Of a stretch of 64,000 bases of DNA, positions 9,372 to 19,501 are shown piece by piece. The position numbers and the translations under genes were made by a program. Position 1 is the first letter of the stretch. Each line of letters begins with the position of its first letter. The notes beneath the pieces are model-generated. The model was not told where the DNA came from. It saw nothing but the letters and a program-made list of their open reading frames with translations, and searched no databases. The stretch covers positions 22,265 through 86,264 of the forward strand of contig JBNKTL010000020.1 in assembly GCA_050298055.1 (NCBI GenBank), given 5' to 3'. The stretch comes from Spirochaetota bacterium (GTDB lineage: Bacteria > Spirochaetota > UBA4802 > UBA5550).

Positions 9372-10361
9372 ATGAGTCAAAAGGACAATGATTATAATGA
9401 CCTTGACGAAGCATTTGACGGTGAATCTTTGAGACCCGATATAATGCTTGAAAAGCTGTCATCCGAGGACGATAAAAACCACCAGGATGAGACGGAAAAG
9501 AGGAAGGTCCGAAAGAGAAAAAAGAGCAACTTTTCCGATTCTTCGATTTCCTGGTATCTTGAACAGATCAATAAGATACCGCTTCTTTCCCGGGAAGATG
9601 AAGACAAACTCGCACGGGCATCCCGGGAGGGTGATGAGCTTGCCAAGAATAAGATTATCCAGGCCAATCTCAGGTTTGTGGTATCAATCGCAAAGAAGTA
9701 CCAGACAAGCGGTATTTCACTTCTCGACCTGATAAATGAAGGAAACATGGGACTCATTAAGGCCGCGGAGAAATTTGATCCCGACAGGGGCTATCACTTC
9801 ATCTCCTATGCGGTCTGGTGGATAAGGCAGGCAATTATTCTTGCTATTTCCCAGAAGGCCTCGCTTATCAGGCTGCCCCTGAACAGGACGGCCGACATCC
9901 AGAAGATTGAAAAAGTCAACAAGAAACTTGAAAACAAATTGGGCAGGGAACCCACTCCGGCGGAGATAGCGGAAGATATTGACCTGAACGACGAAGAGAT
10001 AAACCACCTGAGGAACATAACCCAGGACTTTATCTCCCTTGATTCCTTCTATGGGGATTCCGAAGATACAACCATCCTCAGCATGATTGTGGATTCACGG
10101 ATTGATTCTCCGGACAGGAAGGTCCTGGATGAGTCTCTTAAGAACGCGCTGGATGATATTCTCAGCACTCTTACCGAATCCGAGAGGGAGATACTGAGGA
10201 TGAGATACGGCCTCAACGGATACGAGCCCATGTCGCTGCAGCAGATTGGTGACAGGTTTCATCTCTCCAAGGAGAGGATAAGACAGATAGAGAAAAAAGC
10301 AATCAGGCGCCTGAGACATCCCTCCAGGAGCCAGAAGCTCAAGAGCTTTTTACAGGACTAA
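9372..10361 (+). CDS. Sigma-70 family sigma factor (RpoD/RpoS-like, no region 1.1)
   Basis: [36 protein letters not shown] and ERIRQIE motifs. Confidence 0.95.
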   Translation: MSQKDNDYNDLDEAFDGESLRPDIMLEKLSSEDDKNHQDETEKRKVRKRKKSNFSDSSISWYLEQINKIPLLSREDEDKLARASREGDELAKNKIIQANLRFVVSIAKKYQTSGISLLDLINEGNMGLIKAAEKFDPDRGYHFISYAVWWIRQAIILAISQKASLIRLPLNRTADIQKIEKVNKKLENKLGREPTPAEIAEDIDLNDEEINHLRNITQDFISLDSFYGDSEDTTILSMIVDSRIDSPDRKVLDESLKNALDDILSTLTESEREILRMRYGLNGYEPMSLQQIGDRFHLSKERIRQIEKKAIRRLRHPSRSQKLKSFLQD

Positions 10362-10363
10362 AG

Positions 10364-11434
10364 ATGATCTTCACACTGCTTGGTTTCCTTGCGGGATTCA
10401 TATTGAACTTCTTCCTCCTCGTTCCGGAAACAGGTGCGGGTATAACACCGCAATTTTACGGTTCCCCTGATAATATGGAAATGATTGAGAAGGGGCATTC
10501 TCCTGCCGGAGAAAAATCTGAATTTTCCGTGAAAACCGAAAAGGGGATCTATCTTGTTGATAATACCGGCAGTCTCATTGCCCGGAAGGAACTCTCCGAC
10601 GGACTTGCCGCCGCAAGCGGAAACGGCAGGTTTTTTGTAAAGTATACAAAGACGGGTAATTCCGCCGAACTCTATAACATCAGCGGGGACCGGTTCTGGA
10701 AGATCAGGAGCCTCGAGTATCCCTCTCTCTCTTACAGCGGAAAGCTTATCCTGCTTCTCAACGGAGACCACAGCAGAGTGAGGGCCGTGGATGAGAATTG
10801 CCGTTTTATCCTGAAGGAGGGTATCCAGGGACGATTCTGCACTGTTCTCTCATTTTCCGAAAAGTCGGATATTGCCGCCCTGGGGTTCCTGGATGGGAGT
10901 TACCATGTTGTCAGCAGGGGGAAGGGTGTTCTTCTCAGCGGCCATCTTCCCGCGGGTAACAGTGTAAAGGGAATATCTCCCAGTAACAACGGCAAATATT
11001 GCGCGATACGTTACGGGGACACGGAGAGTGATACTCTGAGACTTGTCAACATTCAGGAAAATTCCAGCAGGAATGTAAAACTTGCAGATGTAAGATATAC
11101 AAAATCTCCGCTCCATGTCACCGATGCCGGGTTTACCACTGTTCTGGGAAAAGAGAGTATTCTTAATATGGGGAGAAACGGTGACCTGATTTTCAGGATA
11201 CTTGTCCCTCCCGCCAGAGATTCATTTGCCAGGATCAGCTTTAACGGCAACTATTATAGTGTTACCTACTCAATGAAATCGGGGGGCTCCAAGCTGATCC
11301 TCTTTAACAGGGAAGGGAAGATCCTCTTCTCCCGGGAGTATGCAGATGAGGCCTACCTGGACAACGAGATTAACGGGCACTTTATCCTGTTAAAAGGTCC
11401 CGGGCATATTTACTGTTATAGACTTCACGGTTAA
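10364..11434 (+). CDS. Hypothetical exported protein, beta-propeller-like
   Basis: N-terminal hydrophobic segment and repeated S.(N/D)G beta-blade motifs. Confidence 0.6.
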   Translation: MIFTLLGFLAGFILNFFLLVPETGAGITPQFYGSPDNMEMIEKGHSPAGEKSEFSVKTEKGIYLVDNTGSLIARKELSDGLAAASGNGRFFVKYTKTGNSAELYNISGDRFWKIRSLEYPSLSYSGKLILLLNGDHSRVRAVDENCRFILKEGIQGRFCTVLSFSEKSDIAALGFLDGSYHVVSRGKGVLLSGHLPAGNSVKGISPSNNGKYCAIRYGDTESDTLRLVNIQENSSRNVKLADVRYTKSPLHVTDAGFTTVLGKESILNMGRNGDLIFRILVPPARDSFARISFNGNYYSVTYSMKSGGSKLILFNREGKILFSREYADEAYLDNEINGHFILLKGPGHIYCYRLHG

Positions 11435-12254
11435 CATCACGGGAAACCCGTTTTAAGATTTCCTCAAGTCTTTTGTTGGACCTCTTTGCCGCTCCGTCTG
11501 CGACCACTTTTATTTTTTTTCTCAGTGATTTGACCGCTGCTTTTTCGTAACCGGGGGGCAGCTCTTCGCGGTCTCTTTCAAGAAGTTTTATAATGGAGTA
11601 GATCCGGAACCTGTCCATGCCCCAGAACCTCGCGGAAAGCTGGTCGCTGTGGCCGCCAAATTTTTTCACATGGTATTCATCAATCAGCCCGGTTTTTTCC
11701 CGGGACGTTATCCTGAGCCAGAGGTCGTAGTCTTCACAGGCGGGCATCTTTTCATCGAAGGTCCCGTATGTCTCCAGGATTTCTCTGTGGATACAGACGG
11801 CAGAGGGGCTGATCAGGCAGAGTTCCAGTGATTCCGTGAAAATATCCCCCTCTCTTTTTTTATGCTTTAACCGGGGGTTGATCCTTTTCCCGTTTCGTAT
11901 CCAGATTTCATTTGTCTGGTGAATGAAGATGCCGTTGTTCTCTTCAATGTATTCCCTGTGGACCCGGAGCTTCTCCTTCATCCAGAGATCGTCGGAGTCG
12001 AGAAAGAGGACGCAGTGTGAATCGCTCTCCTCTATCCCCCTGTTCCGGGCGGAGCTGACCCCGGAATTCTCCTGGCGGATGTACCTGATCTTTCCCCGGT
12101 TGAGTTCCTCAAGCCGGAAGGTCCCGTCCTCGGACCCGTCATCCACAACGATGAGCTCGAAGTCCCGAAAGCTCTGGTCCAGTACGGAGTCGATGGCGTT
12201 CTTCACCACGGCGAACCTGTTGTGGGTGGGAATGATGACGGAGAAGTAGGGCAT
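11382..12254 (-). CDS. Glycosyltransferase family 2
   Basis: SVIIPTHNR, VVDDGSED, FLDSDD and EDYDLWLR motifs. Confidence 0.95.
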   Translation of the reverse strand: MPYFSVIIPTHNRFAVVKNAIDSVLDQSFRDFELIVVDDGSEDGTFRLEELNRGKIRYIRQENSGVSSARNRGIEESDSHCVLFLDSDDLWMKEKLRVHREYIEENNGIFIHQTNEIWIRNGKRINPRLKHKKREGDIFTESLELCLISPSAVCIHREILETYGTFDEKMPACEDYDLWLRITSREKTGLIDEYHVKKFGGHSDQLSARFWGMDRFRIYSIIKLLERDREELPPGYEKAAVKSLRKKIKVVADGAAKRSNKRLEEILKRVSRDVNREVYNSKYARDLLTG

Positions 12255-12257
12255 GGA

Positions 12258-12611
12258 TTAATAAAAATCAGTTAACGATTCAGACAATCTCTTCAATTGC
12301 GTTAACAATTCCGGAATATTTCTTTTGACTGTGTCCCAGACAATTTCATCCTCGATAACATCGTAACCGTGAATTATTACGTTTCTAAAACCTATAATCT
12401 CCTTCCAGTTATCGATATTTGAAAGCAGTTCAATATTGATATTTTTTATCCTGTTTAATGCTTCACCAATTATTTCAAATTCCCTTTCTATTGCGGCTTT
12501 TGTCTTTGAATCGTTAAAATATTCTTCACCATCTAATCCTTCAGTGAATTCCAGGATCAGTTCGCAGGCTTTTATAGCATCTTCAATACATACAAGCGGA
12601 TCATGCAGCAT
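12258..12611 (-). CDS. HEPN/DUF86 (HepT-like) RNase toxin
   Basis: EIIGEA and RNVIIHGY (RX4HXY) motifs. Confidence 0.92.
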   Translation of the reverse strand: MLHDPLVCIEDAIKACELILEFTEGLDGEEYFNDSKTKAAIEREFEIIGEALNRIKNINIELLSNIDNWKEIIGFRNVIIHGYDVIEDEIVWDTVKRNIPELLTQLKRLSESLTDFY

Positions 12612-12897
12612 ATATTTCCCTTACATTTGAAAAAATATATTTCTTTATACGCTGGTTTTTTATGGCACCGGGCATGACAATATCAACAGATCGGTTAAAA
12701 AGTTTTTCAAGTTCAAACTTTATATTCATATATCGCACCATTCCGTTCTCCGGATTATCCAGTTCTAACAAAACATCAATATCACTGCTTTCTTTAAAAT
12801 CCTCGGTTAGTACGCTTCCGAAAACCGCAAGTGACCTCACATTGTAAGTCTGACATATCTTTATAATATCGTCTTTATTTTCTTCGATTATTTTCAT
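12601..12897 (-). CDS. Minimal nucleotidyltransferase (MntA-like) antitoxin
   Basis: FGS-X10-DID motif; overlaps the HEPN gene. Confidence 0.92.
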   Translation of the reverse strand: MKIIEENKDDIIKICQTYNVRSLAVFGSVLTEDFKESSDIDVLLELDNPENGMVRYMNIKFELEKLFNRSVDIVMPGAIKNQRIKKYIFSNVREIYAA

Positions 12898-13095
12898 GTT
12901 TGATCCTTTGATTGCATCATAATAACAATTTCTCATATAAAAAAAATATGTCAATACTGATTTGATGATGTTGATTTGCTTTTTTTTAATCGAGAAATGT
13001 CTGCTTTTTTCCCTTATTTTCTGGAAGGATGGGAGAGAAGTTATATTTTTCTTGTAATATTCATTGTATTTGTTAGGGTGAATTTGAATTTTGTG

Positions 13096-13140
13096 CCCTT
13101 ACCCCCCGTCCCCCTCTCCCAGGGGGAGAGGGGGTGAGGG
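13096..13140. repeat. REP-like GC-rich hairpin upstream of ispG
   Basis: CCCTTACCCC...CCCCTCTCCC-AGG-GGGAGAGGGG-GTGAGGG nested inverted repeat. Confidence 0.75.
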
Positions 13141-13166
13141 AATTAAATATAACCAGGTAAATACCT

Positions 13167-14246
13167 TTGAGAAAACGAAGAAAAACACGAAACGTAAAAA
13201 TCGGAAAAACCGGGATCGGCAGCGATTACCCGGTCTCCATTCAGTCCATGACCAATGTCCCCATAGAGGATGTTCCCGGGACAATAAGCCAGGTCAACGA
13301 GCTTGCTGAGAACGGCGCGGATTTTGTCCGCCTGGCTGTCCGCAACGAGAGCTCCGTTTTGAACTTAAAAAAGATCATTGAGGCGGTGAATGTCCCCCTT
13401 ATCGCGGACATACACTTCAACTATAAAATAGCCATAAAGTCAATTGAGGCGGGGATAAAAAAGATCCGCCTCAATCCCGGCAACATCCCCAACCCGGCGC
13501 ACGTAAAGGAAGTAATCAAGGCGGCAAAGGAGCGTTCCGTGCCCATACGGATCGGTGTAAACGGAGGCTCCATCAACAGGAAGAAGTACAGCCATGTGGA
13601 CCCGGAAAGCCTTGTGGACTCGGCCCTGGAGCATATAAAGATCCTTGAGGAGAACGACTTCCATGATATTGTCGTATCCATTAAAACATCGGATATCTAC
13701 CAGACCATAGACTCCAATATCCTTTTCGCGGAGCAGAGGGACTACCCGGTCCATATCGGGCTCACGGAGGCGGGATACGGCATCTACTGCGCGGTGCAGA
13801 GCTCCCTGGTCATGGGGCATCTTTTGATGCGGGGGATCGGCGACACCATCAGGGTCTCCATGACCGGCAACCCGGTTCATGAACTTGAGGTGGCCCGGAA
13901 CATCCTTGAGACCACCGGCGACCGGAAAGCAAGCGTAAGGATGATATCCTGCCCCACCTGCGGAAGGACCGACACGCGGATTGACGTCCTTGAACTGAGC
14001 CGCAGCGTGGAAAAGGAATGCAGGGAGAGGTTCGGGAAGAAACTAGCGGAGGAGAAGAGGACATTGACCGTGGCGGTCATGGGCTGCGAAGTGAACGGTC
14101 CGGGAGAGGCAGCCGAGGCCGATGCGGGCATAGCGGGAGGCCGTGACGGCAATATGCTCCTCTTTGCCCGGGGAGAAAAGATCAGGATGGTGAAGAGTGA
14201 TGAGGCGGTGGAGATGCTGATAAAGGAAGTGGAGAAGATCGTTTAG
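13167..14246 (+). CDS. ispG: HMBPP synthase (flavodoxin-dependent)
   Basis: IQSMTN, ADIHF, RLNPGNI, GIGDTIRVS, CPTCGRT and MGCEVNGPGEA motifs. Confidence 0.98.
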   Translation: MRKRRKTRNVKIGKTGIGSDYPVSIQSMTNVPIEDVPGTISQVNELAENGADFVRLAVRNESSVLNLKKIIEAVNVPLIADIHFNYKIAIKSIEAGIKKIRLNPGNIPNPAHVKEVIKAAKERSVPIRIGVNGGSINRKKYSHVDPESLVDSALEHIKILEENDFHDIVVSIKTSDIYQTIDSNILFAEQRDYPVHIGLTEAGYGIYCAVQSSLVMGHLLMRGIGDTIRVSMTGNPVHELEVARNILETTGDRKASVRMISCPTCGRTDTRIDVLELSRSVEKECRERFGKKLAEEKRTLTVAVMGCEVNGPGEAAEADAGIAGGRDGNMLLFARGEKIRMVKSDEAVEMLIKEVEKIV

Positions 14247-14274
14247 TTATTAAAAATTCAATTCTCAGTCTTCA

Positions 14275-14350
14275 GAGCCCCCCATCCCCCGGAGGGGGCG
14301 TAAGATTTTATTGCATAAACTCTCTTATGCCCCCTTAGGGGGTTAGGGGG
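14275..14350. repeat. Paired-palindrome REP/BIME-like element, copy A
   Basis: GAGCCCCCCATCCCCCGGAGGGGGC...GCCCCCTTAGGGGGTTAGGGGG; reverse-complement homolog of 19618-19691. Confidence 0.85.
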
Positions 14351-14378
14351 TCTTTCTTCGTGTGAAATCTTTTTATCT

Positions 14379-15356
14379 TTACCTTCCCCTCACAAAGACT
14401 CCCGGATTAATCGGCCTCCCGCTCTTCCTGATCTCAAAGTGGAGGTGGGGACCGGTGGTCTGTCCCGTATTTCCCGAGAGGGCGATCATCTCTCCCCGTT
14501 TAATGATGCTGCCTGTTTTTACCTTTATCCTGTTGAGGTGGCCGTAGTAGCTCCGGTAGCCATGTTCATGACCCAGGATAACCAGGTTTCCGTAACCGCC
14601 CTTATACCCCGTAAAGAGCACCTTCCCCCCCCTGGCCGCGTAGACCCGTGTGTTTATCCTGCATGCCAGGTCCACTCCCGTATGAAACTGGAATTTCCGC
14701 CTGTTAAAGGGATTTCTTCTCATCCCGAAACCGGAAGTTCTTTTTCCCCTCACGAGGGGATACATAAAACCTGTTCCGAGAAAGAGTGAGCGCTGCAGAC
14801 CGGTCAGTTTACCGCAGGGGACAAAGAGAATTTTTTTGGAAAGATCTTCGCTTCCGTTTACCCGTGCCACATACTCCCGGGTAATCCTGCTTCGTTTAAT
14901 GATCTCGTTGATCCTTTCCCTTTCGGAGGGATTTATGATAATTCCCCGCATGTTGGGGATAAAGATGATCTTTCCCGGCCTGATATCCCGGGGAGTTGAG
15001 AGGGAGTTTACGGAGATAAGGGTGTCCATGTCCAGTGATGTCCGGGAGAGAATAATCCAGAAAGTTTCTTCTTTCTTTACCCGGTACCGGTAAAATTTCA
15101 GATCGGGCAGTGTTTCCGTGGGACGCCTGCTCTTTACGGTGAAAATTGATCTTCGGATATCTTTTCTGATAGACTTTAAAAGCTCTGATTTTACCGGATC
15201 AAGCTCTTTGAGAAACGGGATCCTCGGAGGAGTGCCGGAGGAAATCTCCGGTAACATCATCACGGAGATAAGAAGGAGTAATATTTTCAATTTAATATTT
15301 TTTCCGGTCCGTATCATTACAGCAGGCCTTTTTATGTCACTAAGCATATGTTTCAT
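14379..15356 (-). CDS. LysM/M23 family peptidoglycan endopeptidase
   Basis: HTGVD, YGNLV, YGHL and TGPHLHFE motifs, plus a LysM-like segment. Confidence 0.93.
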   Translation of the reverse strand: MKHMLSDIKRPAVMIRTGKNIKLKILLLLISVMMLPEISSGTPPRIPFLKELDPVKSELLKSIRKDIRRSIFTVKSRRPTETLPDLKFYRYRVKKEETFWIILSRTSLDMDTLISVNSLSTPRDIRPGKIIFIPNMRGIIINPSERERINEIIKRSRITREYVARVNGSEDLSKKILFVPCGKLTGLQRSLFLGTGFMYPLVRGKRTSGFGMRRNPFNRRKFQFHTGVDLACRINTRVYAARGGKVLFTGYKGGYGNLVILGHEHGYRSYYGHLNRIKVKTGSIIKRGEMIALSGNTGQTTGPHLHFEIRKSGRPINPGVFVRGR

Positions 15357-15531
15357 TTTCGGTTGATCAAGGGTCCCGGTTAAGGGATATTTTTAGGTTT
15401 TTACTGTTTGACTCAAAAATAAAAAAGTGATAAAAATGAGGGCCTCAGCGGACCATAATGATGGCTGCTGTTATCCTAAAATAAGGAGGAATACTGCCCC
15501 GGGCAATAAAGAGGGGCAGTTGATTTTGCAC

Positions 15532-16074
15532 ATGAAAAATCATTTTATCAGGAAAGTTCTTATCGGTTCCCTGCTTGTTGCTTTTTTTACGGCAACAGGA
15601 TGTTACTACAATTCAACTTATCCCATTGATAACCCGTCAATGAAAAGGGACCCGAAACTCCTGGGGCAGTGGAAACCGGGTAAATACTCCAAGGAGTATT
15701 ACGACATAAAAGCCGGGAAGGGCCCCTTTCTCTACAACATAGATCACTATAAGTATGACAGTAAGTTAAAGAAAGTGGTCCTGAAGATAAAATATACGGG
15801 GTATCTTTCGAGAGTGAAGAGTTATAACTTCATGAATGTGAAAAAGATCTGGGAACTGGACTATAAGGGGAGAGGAAAGAGTATTCCGGCAGGCAGGCAG
15901 AAATACATGTTTTACAAGCTGAACAGACAGGGGGCAAACTTTTCAGCGGATATTGTAACCAGTAATATCAGGGAGAAGTTCTCTTCGTCAAATGATCTGA
16001 AATCTTTTTTCGAAAAATACGCGGACCTGAGCTTTTTTTATCACAGCCAGACTGTAAAATTTCTTAAGAAATAA
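15532..16074 (+). CDS. Hypothetical lipoprotein
   Basis: Signal peptide ending in TATGC. Confidence 0.7.
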   Translation: MKNHFIRKVLIGSLLVAFFTATGCYYNSTYPIDNPSMKRDPKLLGQWKPGKYSKEYYDIKAGKGPFLYNIDHYKYDSKLKKVVLKIKYTGYLSRVKSYNFMNVKKIWELDYKGRGKSIPAGRQKYMFYKLNRQGANFSADIVTSNIREKFSSSNDLKSFFEKYADLSFFYHSQTVKFLKK

Positions 16075-16105
16075 AAGAGATTGAAAAAATTAAAAAATGC
16101 CGGCA

Positions 16106-16193
16106 ATGTGTCCCCGCCGCCTTGAGCGGCGGGGACACATCTATTATTTTTTATTCATTAATATATCTATTCTCAACAGAGCTGAGCAGTAAC
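16106..16193 (-). mobile_element. MITE-like palindromic element, copy 2 (partial)
   Basis: Hairpin ATGTGTCCCCGCCGC-N5-GCGGCGGGGACACAT with end AGCTGAGCAGTAAC. The arm matches copy 3 in reverse. Confidence 0.8.
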
Positions 16194-16323
16194 CTTAATT
16201 CTATTAAAACAAATAAGCAAAAAAATCATATTGACATTTATCCCATATTGAGTAATTTTGAAAAAACAGCGGGACAATTTACCTTTCAAGAGTCATTGAA
16301 TATATTTATATAAAGAGGGAATT

Positions 16324-16752
16324 ATGGCATTCACAAAAACCGGGGAAGTTGTAGATAATATTATCGGTGAGAATTCTTTTTTTACCGGTAATTTCGTTAT
16401 AAACGGGTCCCTTAAAATTGACGGCAGGTTTGAAGGGAAATACCTGCAGGCGGAACAACTCTATGTTGGACAGGGCGGTAAAATAAAAACCAACATAAGT
16501 GCGGTATCGGTCATTGTTGAAGGCCTTATCCTTGGCAATATCAGCGCGAAAAGCCGGGTTATTCTCATGCCTACCGCAATGGTATACGGGGACATTAAGA
16601 CCCCGGAACTTATAATCCAGAATGGCGTAATCCTGGAGGGCAGATGCACGATTTCAAATGATCTCAAGTCCTCTGCCCGTGAGCTTCTTGAAGCAGAATA
16701 CAAGAAGAACAGGATCATACCCAAAGAGTTTCTTGAAAAGAAAACCGGTTAA
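16324..16752 (+). CDS. Bactofilin (polymer-forming cytoskeletal protein)
   Basis: IIG.....G...I.GSLKIDG.FEG and V.GDI....L.I..G...EG beta-helix repeats. Confidence 0.93.
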   Translation: MAFTKTGEVVDNIIGENSFFTGNFVINGSLKIDGRFEGKYLQAEQLYVGQGGKIKTNISAVSVIVEGLILGNISAKSRVILMPTAMVYGDIKTPELIIQNGVILEGRCTISNDLKSSARELLEAEYKKNRIIPKEFLEKKTG

Positions 16753-17725
16753 AATTGGTATAACAATCGGTGATCCCGCGGGCATTGGTCCGGAGGTGTC
16801 ACTGAAAGCCGCGGCCTGTCTTGAAGAAAAATCTCTCATACCTGTGCTTATCGGGAGGAGCGAAGTGGTTACGGAACTCTATCCCGGCCTCTCCAAAGAT
16901 TACAGGATAATTGATAACCCTGACATGGAACCTCTGCGGGGGAACAGGTATTTTTACACTACAGGATCTCACAGGCCTCTCCCGGAACCGGGACGGGGAA
17001 GTCCCGAAACCGGGGGCGAATCCCTTGAGTACATAGACACGGCCCTTGAACTCTGGAAAAAGGGCTTTATTGATGCCGTCGCAACCGCGCCTGTGAACAA
17101 GGGATTTATCCAGAAATCGGGAGTGGAGTTTTCCGGCCATACTGAATATATCGCCCGTAAAACCGGTGAAGCAAGCCCCCTGATGCTCATGTACTCTCCC
17201 GTATTCAGGGTCATACCGGTGACCACCCACATCCCGGTATCAGGTATCATAAATAACCTCAGCGAAGAGAGAATAACAGAAGCGATCATATCCGGGGCAG
17301 GAGCCATTGAAGAGCTTGACGGAAAGAAGGCCCGGGTAGCCGTGGCAGGCCTTGATCCCCACTGCGGGGACAGCGGCGCCATCGGGGACTTTGATGAGAG
17401 GGTCACAAAAATTGCCGTGGAAAACGCGGTGAGGAAGGGGATCGATGTTGAAGGCCCCCTCTCCGCGGACACTCTCTTTATGCGGGACATCTGGAAGAAG
17501 TACAGCCTGGCCATTGCCCTCTACCATGACCAGGGACTCATTCCCTTTAAAGTCCTGGCATTCGAGAGGGGAGTAAATGTAACCCTGGGGCTGAAGATCA
17601 TCAGAACATCGGCGGATCATGGGACCGCGTACAACATGGCCGGGAGAGGGGAAGCAGACCACAGGAGCATGCTTGAGGCCATACTTCTCGCGTACAGGCT
17701 TGTCCTGAATAAAAAAGAGGTTTGA
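16733..17725 (+). CDS. pdxA: 4-hydroxythreonine-4-phosphate dehydrogenase
   Basis: GDPAGIGPE, TAPVNK, GHTEY, YHDQGLIP and RTSADHGTA motifs; start codon uncertain. Confidence 0.95.
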   Translation: MKRKPVKIGITIGDPAGIGPEVSLKAAACLEEKSLIPVLIGRSEVVTELYPGLSKDYRIIDNPDMEPLRGNRYFYTTGSHRPLPEPGRGSPETGGESLEYIDTALELWKKGFIDAVATAPVNKGFIQKSGVEFSGHTEYIARKTGEASPLMLMYSPVFRVIPVTTHIPVSGIINNLSEERITEAIISGAGAIEELDGKKARVAVAGLDPHCGDSGAIGDFDERVTKIAVENAVRKGIDVEGPLSADTLFMRDIWKKYSLAIALYHDQGLIPFKVLAFERGVNVTLGLKIIRTSADHGTAYNMAGRGEADHRSMLEAILLAYRLVLNKKEV

Positions 17726-17734
17726 GGGCGGGTA

Positions 17735-18187
17735 TTACCTTTGCTTTATAAGATTGTTTATATTGACGGTGAGTTTTTTGATAATCTCTTCTCTGGTCCT
17801 GCCGCTGGCTGAGGTAAATTTTATCTCTCTCACTCTCCCTGACCTTTTAAATTTTATCATTGCGCTTATTTTCCCCTTGGAAAAGTACTGTTTAAGGCCC
17901 CCCTTCTCGCTGTATTCAATAATTTCCGCCCCCGATGAATATGAATAAACAAATATTTCGATTGTTCCCGATCCCTTCTGCCTGTCCAGTTTGACTTTTA
18001 TGAGATTTTTAACAGCTTCCGCCCGCAGGTCCAGATCGCTGTTTATTATAACATCCAGGTTCCTGTAGCTTTTTATGTTTTGCATACATCCGGAGAGAAG
18101 TATCGTTGCAAGGAGCAGCAGTTTGATTTTTAAAATTGCTTTTTTTGTTGTACCGGTTGTTAATATCATATATACCCAAAAGTACAT
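17735..18187 (-). CDS. Hypothetical lipoprotein
   Basis: Lipobox LLSGC; start uncertain. Confidence 0.6.
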   Translation of the reverse strand: MYFWVYMILTTGTTKKAILKIKLLLLATILLSGCMQNIKSYRNLDVIINSDLDLRAEAVKNLIKVKLDRQKGSGTIEIFVYSYSSGAEIIEYSEKGGLKQYFSKGKISAMIKFKRSGRVREIKFTSASGRTREEIIKKLTVNINNLIKQR

Positions 18188-18379
18188 TCAGTATCATTGA
18201 ACAGGAAAAATCCAATAATTTTTTCTGCTATAATACTTTTTGTTTTACATTGGTCAATCATGTTAATGAATTATTAGTGATCATTTTACAGAAACCATCC
18301 GAAAATAAAAACAGTTGAAAAAATTATATACGTAATCGATCTTGAGTTCAAATATTGACCGGAAAACCTTTCATCACTT

Positions 18380-18823
18380 ATGAATGAAGCTTTAATTATT
18401 AAATCTGTTTTTATCTTTGTCTCTCTCTGGGGGATCGGGATTGTTATGCTCTGGTTCAGGCCGAGGATCGAGATTTTCTGGAAGATCATCGCGACCCTTA
18501 TTCTGGGGTTCTATATTTGGTTTTTCTTTGATGAGATTGTCAGCGGGCTCAGCACATTCAAAAGCGGGTGGGCCGCCTCATCACTCCAGTTCCTCAAGGA
18601 GCTGATAACCCTTGTCTTTGTAAACATGTTTTTCTTCTGGCCCCTTGCCCTCATCCTCATCTTTTACAAGGCCGATGACATCGGGGCGGAGAAACTTCTT
18701 AAATTCCTCTGTATTCTCACCCTTATACTCTGGATAGTCTTTGTGGTATATTTTACCTTCAGTTCAGGTATTGATAAATACCTCTATGAGAACCTGAAGA
18801 AGATAATTCCCGATGCTCAATGA
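18380..18823 (+). CDS. Hypothetical membrane protein (4 TM)
   Basis: Four hydrophobic segments; overlaps the next gene. Confidence 0.75.
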   Translation: MNEALIIKSVFIFVSLWGIGIVMLWFRPRIEIFWKIIATLILGFYIWFFFDEIVSGLSTFKSGWAASSLQFLKELITLVFVNMFFFWPLALILIFYKADDIGAEKLLKFLCILTLILWIVFVVYFTFSSGIDKYLYENLKKIIPDAQ

Positions 18824-19322
18824 ACGTATCATTTCTCTTCTTTTCCTGTTCTTCCTGATATTCAGCAGTGCTCTCTATTCCCTGGAGAATTCCACGGCAC
18901 TCTATAAAAAGGGGGCCGCCCTTGCCGCGGAGGGAAAGATCTCAGAGGCCGTGGAAGTCTTTAAAAAAGTCATTGTGACAAACCGGTACTACGCTCTCGG
19001 GCATTACGGGCTGGGGAAAGCGTATCTCTATCTTCCGGGTAAACTTGATGAATCGATTATCCACCTTCGACAGTCGGTCCAGCTGGACCGAAGACTTTCA
19101 AAGGGGCACTTCTACCTGGGGATGGCTTACCTCTTCGCCAATAAACTGCCCCGGGCGGCAGGTTCATTCCATACGGCATACAGGCTTGATGATTCCCTGG
19201 TTGAAGCACTCTACAATCTTGGTGTTGTCTATGACAGGATGAAAAATAAATACAAGTCGGAATTTTACTACAGGCTGTATCTCAAGAGGAAATACAAAAA
19301 GGGAGAGGAGAGGATCTTCTGA
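18813..19322 (+). CDS. Exported TPR protein
   Basis: Signal peptide plus TPR motifs (HYGLGKAY, HFYLGMAY, LYNLGVVY). Confidence 0.88.
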   Translation: MLNERIISLLFLFFLIFSSALYSLENSTALYKKGAALAAEGKISEAVEVFKKVIVTNRYYALGHYGLGKAYLYLPGKLDESIIHLRQSVQLDRRLSKGHFYLGMAYLFANKLPRAAGSFHTAYRLDDSLVEALYNLGVVYDRMKNKYKSEFYYRLYLKRKYKKGEERIF

Positions 19323-19327
19323 GAGTC

Positions 19328-19483
19328 CTAACCGGATTTTTCTGTCTGCCTTCTGACCATGTCCCCCACCCGGGGTCCGTAAATGTCCCTGATTGCCCTG
19401 AGACACCTTCTGCGTTCGGCACCCTTTACTCCGTGGATATAACCGGAAAGACAGAGTCCTGCTATTTTTTCTTCAAATTTCAT
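19328..19483 (-). CDS. Small hypothetical protein, 51 aa (not in ORF track)
   Basis: Manual translation MKFEEKIAGLCLSGYIHGVKGAERRRCLRAIRDIYGPRVGDMVRRQTEKSG. GGAG lies 6 nt before the ATG, with a sigma28-like promoter upstream. Confidence 0.65.
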   Translation of the reverse strand: MKFEEKIAGLCLSGYIHGVKGAERRRCLRAIRDIYGPRVGDMVRRQTEKSG

Positions 19484-19501
19484 TTTAAACTCCATAGTAA
19501 C

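Noticed and set aside
19340..19456. Glycine or ykkC riboswitch, 6S RNA or SRP RNA
   Set aside because: Only scattered motif resemblance (TCTCAGG, GGGTCCG) without the required pairings. A small ORF with RBS and promoter explains the region better.
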